NCBI GenBank assembly: GCA_026025075.1
Contig: JAPEUI010000002.1
Location: 310,001 to 374,000, forward strand
Source: Vezdaea acicularis
Taxonomy: Eukaryota
Direction of reading: 5' to 3'
Length of the DNA stretch: 64,000 bases
Within the stretch, counting starts at the first letter, position 1. Each line of letters begins with the position of its first letter. This document shows positions 59,558 through 64,000 of this stretch, piece after piece. A program made the position numbers and the translations under genes. Under the pieces are notes generated by a model. It did no database searches and had not been told where the DNA came from. It was given only the letters and a program-made list of their open reading frames with translations.

Positions 59558-62419
59558 ATGGCAGTGATGGCCTCGCCCTTGACGCAGCCGCGTGACGGGA
59601 ACCCATCTGACCTGAGGTCGGCCGAAAAGATGTCTCATCTTGATCTCAACGGGTGAGTCTCTACTTTTTGAAGCTTCGCCGGGACCTCTGGTCCCCTCTT
59701 CCTGTGACCATATATTTATTTTCGCTCGTTCGCGCAGGATCGCAAAACAGCCCACTTCTGAACCTATACATCTTTCATTTGAAACTCCGACAGCATCCGG
59801 CGGAGGGACGGCGCCCTCGCATGCTTCCGCTCTTGCTATAAATGGCGAGCTGTCGAATGGAAATGCTACAAAGGCGGCGAATGGCGAGCTTGGCGAAGGT
59901 TCTCAAGAAGATGCAACTCAAATAGAGAACACTCTGCCAGCCCAGCAATTCTCCGGTTCGATCGTTGATGCGACACCCACTGCTTTTACTCAATCCTCCG
60001 ACCCCGACGCCTTCGCCGGTGGATCTGTTCTTTCTCCATTCTCCACTGCGCCTGCCGTAGTCGAGCCCCAAATATCGAACCTCCGAGGCGAGAGCGACCC
60101 CTCTCCACCGGTAACATCACAAACCCAAATTGCCGAGTCCATAGACCAGCCGATGGTTATGGAAGACAAGGAGCAGAGCAATGGTCAAACAACAGAGTCG
60201 GCTGTTACAGGGTCGGAGGCGCACCTGGTCGAGGAACCTATAATAAGTAAAGAAGAGAAAATGGAAGTAGCAGACGAAAATATGGACGAGTGGGAAGTTA
60301 TTGATGAGAAGGATGCTGGCACACTGGAAGTTCCAAGTGTGCAAGAGGCAGCGCCACTGTCGAACGATCCGATCAAGGCTGAAGAGGCTGTCACAGATCC
60401 AGCTACGTCGGCGCCAGCTCCTTTGACCGTTGATACCGACATGGCAGACGCCCCTGTCTCTTCAAGCAAGGTTGCTCGCGAGAGATCAGACGAAGGCTCA
60501 GACGACGAACGTGCTCCGAAGAGAACAAGAACCGATGATGATGGGTCCGCCCCCCCCGAATTCAAAGTTCCCGATATTCCTTCAGCCTCTACTCCAAACT
60601 CGAATGCGGAGAGAATACCTTCGGCCTTCGAGGCAAAGGATGGATCGAAAAGTCTCACGAAAGCGCAGAACAAGTACTTGTCAATGGCGGTCAGGAACTT
60701 AAAGCGTACAAAAGATGCTCCCGCGTTCGCAAATCCCGTCGATCCTGTCAAGCTTAATATTCCAACATATCCTGACATTGTCAAAAATCCTATGGATCTT
60801 TCGACGATGGAGCAGAAACTAAAGAACGATCAATACTCGTCAGTAGATGACGTTGTCGCAGATATTGACCTTATCGTGGAGAACGCAAAGAAGTTTAATG
60901 GCCCCGATCATGCAGTGTCACAGTCAGCAGTCAATCTAAGGGCTTCATTTGAGAAGGCGCTCCCCAACGTTCCGAAAGATGATGTCGTAGAGCTCAGCGC
61001 TGCTGAAAAGAAAGCTAAAAAGATGGCTCAAGCTGCACCGAAAACAACGGCTGCTCGCCGGCAGTCTCGATCAGCAGCAACGGCGGGTTCGCCTACTGAT
61101 GGCCAACGCTTTGCACTCGTATCGGCGGGTGTGCCACTGATCCGACGTGACTCTACTGCAAACGACGGACGGCCAAAACGAGAGATCAAGCCATCCCAGC
61201 CTCGTGATCTCCCATACACCTCCACTAAGCCCAAGAAGAAGAAGTACCAATGGGAATTGAAGTTCTGTCAGATGGTGATAGATGAGATGAACAAACAAAA
61301 GCATTTCCCTTATGGATCCCCTTTCTACAACCCCGTCGACCCCGTTGCCCTCAATATTCCTACCTACTTCCAAGTAATCAAGAAGCCTATGGATCTCAGT
61401 CACATACAAAGGAAGCTTAGAGAAGGTCAATACGAGAATGCGAAAGAGTTTGAAGCGGACGTGCGACTTATGTTCAATAATTGCTACAAGTTCAACCCTC
61501 CAAGCGATGGTGTCTATCAACTAGGGAAGAGGTTCGAAGAAGTGTTCAATAAGAAGTGGGAGACGAAGAAGGAGTGGCTTGACTCCCATGTACCTCCTTC
61601 TGCTCCTCCAAGCGCTGCAACAACCCCAGAGCCAGAAGAAGAAGAGGCGGATTCGGAGGAAGAAGAAGACGAAGAGCAAGCAATCCAAGGGAAGAATCTG
61701 CAGCTGCAGATTGAATTGATGCAGAAGCAATTGGAACTTCTACAACAAGCGGCGAGCTCGAAGACTTCCCCTCCACCCGGGAAAAGGGGCGGCAAGGCTG
61801 GCAAAATGGCCAAAAAGAGTAGCAAGAAGGTCTCCACTGTGCCAACTTCGGCGCTTACAGGTCGTACAGAGAAGAAGAAGCGACCGGCAAAGAAGGAACA
61901 GCAGCCGGCATACGTCACTTTCGAACAGAAACAAGAGATTTCCAATCGCATCAACAGTCTCCCTCAGGATAGGATGAGCGAGGCACTCAATATCATCAAG
62001 CAGAGCATGCCGAACCTCAACAATCCCGATGACGAAGAGATGGAATTGGATATTGACGAACTCTCCCAAGATACTCTGAGAAAGCTCCTTAGTTTCGTCC
62101 AGAAGTATACGCCTGGCGCGACACATTCAAACAAATCAGCTTCACGTCCAAAAGCGTCAAGGATGGAGAGCGACCACGTTCCCCGTGCAAAGAAGAAGAA
62201 TAAGCCAATGAGCAAGACAGAGCAAGATGCACGTATCTCCGAACTGGAAGGAAAGTTGAAGAATTACCAGAACCCGGGATCTCCGTCAGATCAAGGTTAG
62301 TTCTATCCTGCTTCGTCAACTTATCACTCGCTAACATTGCCAAAGACCCTCGCAACGCAGATGATGGCGAGTCTAGTGGCGATGACCCCGAGACTGGCTC
62401 TGAGAGTGAGGAAGACTAA
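59558..62419 (+). CDS. BDF1: BET double-bromodomain + ET protein Bdf1
   Basis: Exon 1 59558-59652 (MAVMASPL...), intron 59653-59737; two bromodomains (PVDPVKLNIPTYPDIVKNPMDL; PVDPVALNIPTYFQVIKKPMDL), ET domain (ELDIDEL), intron 62296-62345, acidic end GSESEED*. Confidence 0.96.
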
Positions 62420-64000
62420 GCGCATCTTAGCTCGCACACCTCGACCATTTCTCATTTCCTGAGATCCTGATTCGCCTTCGTTCACCGTCGATGCTTCAAT
62501 GGTCACAACCATTTAGTATATCCTTTTACGGCTTTAGCACCTTTGAAGTGAGCTCCAGCGCGATGAAACCCTACCTTCTTGCGTACTCCTTTAATCGCAC
62601 CATTTCTATGGTCAAACTTTCGAGTTTTCTTGGTCTACAGACCTTCTCCTGGACGTTCTCAGCTCATCATAGACCCACCACTTCTCTGTATACCGTCGAT
62701 CTCGCTCAATCGAGCACGCGCTGCATTTAGAAAGTTGGGGCTTTCCTGACCAGGCCCTCCCTGTCCTCTACCTTAGACCACTTGCGACGGATTGGCAGCT
62801 TCTCATCTCACGACCGACATGATTGTGGCGGATTGCTTGCGTGAGGGAATACTTCGGCAATTATATTTCTTGCCTGGCGGATTGCCTATAAAATTGTAAT
62901 CACTTCATTGCGAGGAGCGATCTTGCTGCATTTCCATGCGTGCGTGCTGGCATTGTATATAGCTCCGAATGACCTCGGCGTGAAGCTACCCAAACGGATG
63001 AGCTATGGCGTTGTTACGCTGCGAAGAGTGAACCCATGTCATGAGGGGCACTCATGTGATGAACTGCGTCGCCGGCTATGGGCGTACTTGAGTGATCCGC
63101 TCAGGGCAACTGGCCAGTTGATTTGGTGCCGCTCTCACTGCCACTCTGTTCGAAGTGCTTCCTATTCCAGTTATGACTACCGCCATGTAAGAGCTTATGA
63201 AGATGATGCTTAGAAGTTATGATATGCACACCGTGGTATAATGTTTCCTCAAGCTTAGAAAGCACAGGACTCAAAGCAACTCCCTCGGACGTATATAGGA
63301 AGTGAAGTAAACAGTTCATGACGTCCTTCCACTAGAGATGACAAGGGGAAGTACGATAGACGCTTCAGAAGAGGATCTAACCGTACGTGAAACAATGAAC
63401 TAGCAATGTAGAGCAAAGAGAAGTTCTATATGTAGAACTTTGTGATTGCCACTTGTTAATGAACCTCAGAGGTTTCTTTGAGATATCAGGTAAAGTGTGA
63501 AGTTCTGATCTAGGGTCTAGATTTCTATTCCTCAGTAGTAAGTGGAAAAGAGGAAGGTGGATAAATCCTTTGCTATTTGGTGGAGATCCTTATGTGAGAA
63601 TCAATTTGTGGAATAATGTGATGCTTGTATTGCAAATATGTATAGTCTTTAACCTCTGTATGTAAATGTTCATGACACTCCAGTCGACGATGCCGAAACG
63701 CAGTTTCATGACCTCAGGTGATGTGGGGGGTTTAAGCCCGCGATAAATTAACAGAGTATTTAATGTGTATCAAGCAAATAATAATATGGGAAAGATATGT
63801 AGGTGAAACAAAAGTAAAAGGAATTCCTTATTTTGCGTGCGGAGTGTGATGTCGTAGGGTTTCTAGAATCTGGAGCAGAGAATCCAAATGGCTTTTGTCG
63901 CGTCAAAAATATTTCTGCCGACAAGCCAGAATAATCGTGTTTCGCTTTCACCGCGATTTCTCCCTCAGCCTTCCCACTCCGACTTGCCGTGCTAGGTCCA

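Noticed and set aside
62420..64000. Possible gene or transposon relic after BDF1
   Set aside because: Only short unrecognisable ORFs; no terminal repeats or transposase/RT motifs.

Overview
Gene-dense, intron-rich eukaryotic DNA from a filamentous ascomycete (Pezizomycotina-type GT..CTRAC/CTRAY..YAG introns, mostly 45-100 nt). I can reconstruct about 31 protein-coding genes by hand-splicing, almost all conserved housekeeping genes: HUL4-like HECT ligase (partial), Zn-dependent polyol dehydrogenase, RPS10, SDE2, GEP3, COX12, an MLRQ/NDUFA4-like small protein, RRM-only Cyp33 homologue, SEC31, GET2, MRP49, frataxin, APS3, GPI-type acid phosphatase, DOCK GEF, MMS22, a PIGBOS1-like microprotein, SEC17, GatC/Gta3, DSC3, Dabb protein, ISA1, ARMH3/DUF1741, VTI1, FAD oxidoreductase, NKP2/CNL2, EAF3, a Rox1/Rfg1-type HMG-box factor, UTP5 and BDF1. 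No transposon, RNA gene, CRISPR or secondary-metabolite cluster is evident. The most interesting signals lie below the ORF track: two small spliced genes it misses (NDUFA4-like head-to-head with COX12; PIGBOS1-like head-to-head with MMS22), two 3-nt microexons (COX12, MRP49), an 816-nt fully open in-frame intron in EAF3, a probable GAG splice acceptor, a cluster of HMG-binding sites upstream of the HMG gene, and a ~930-nt ATG-free GC-rich stretch before BDF1. All family assignments come from recalled motifs, not database searches.
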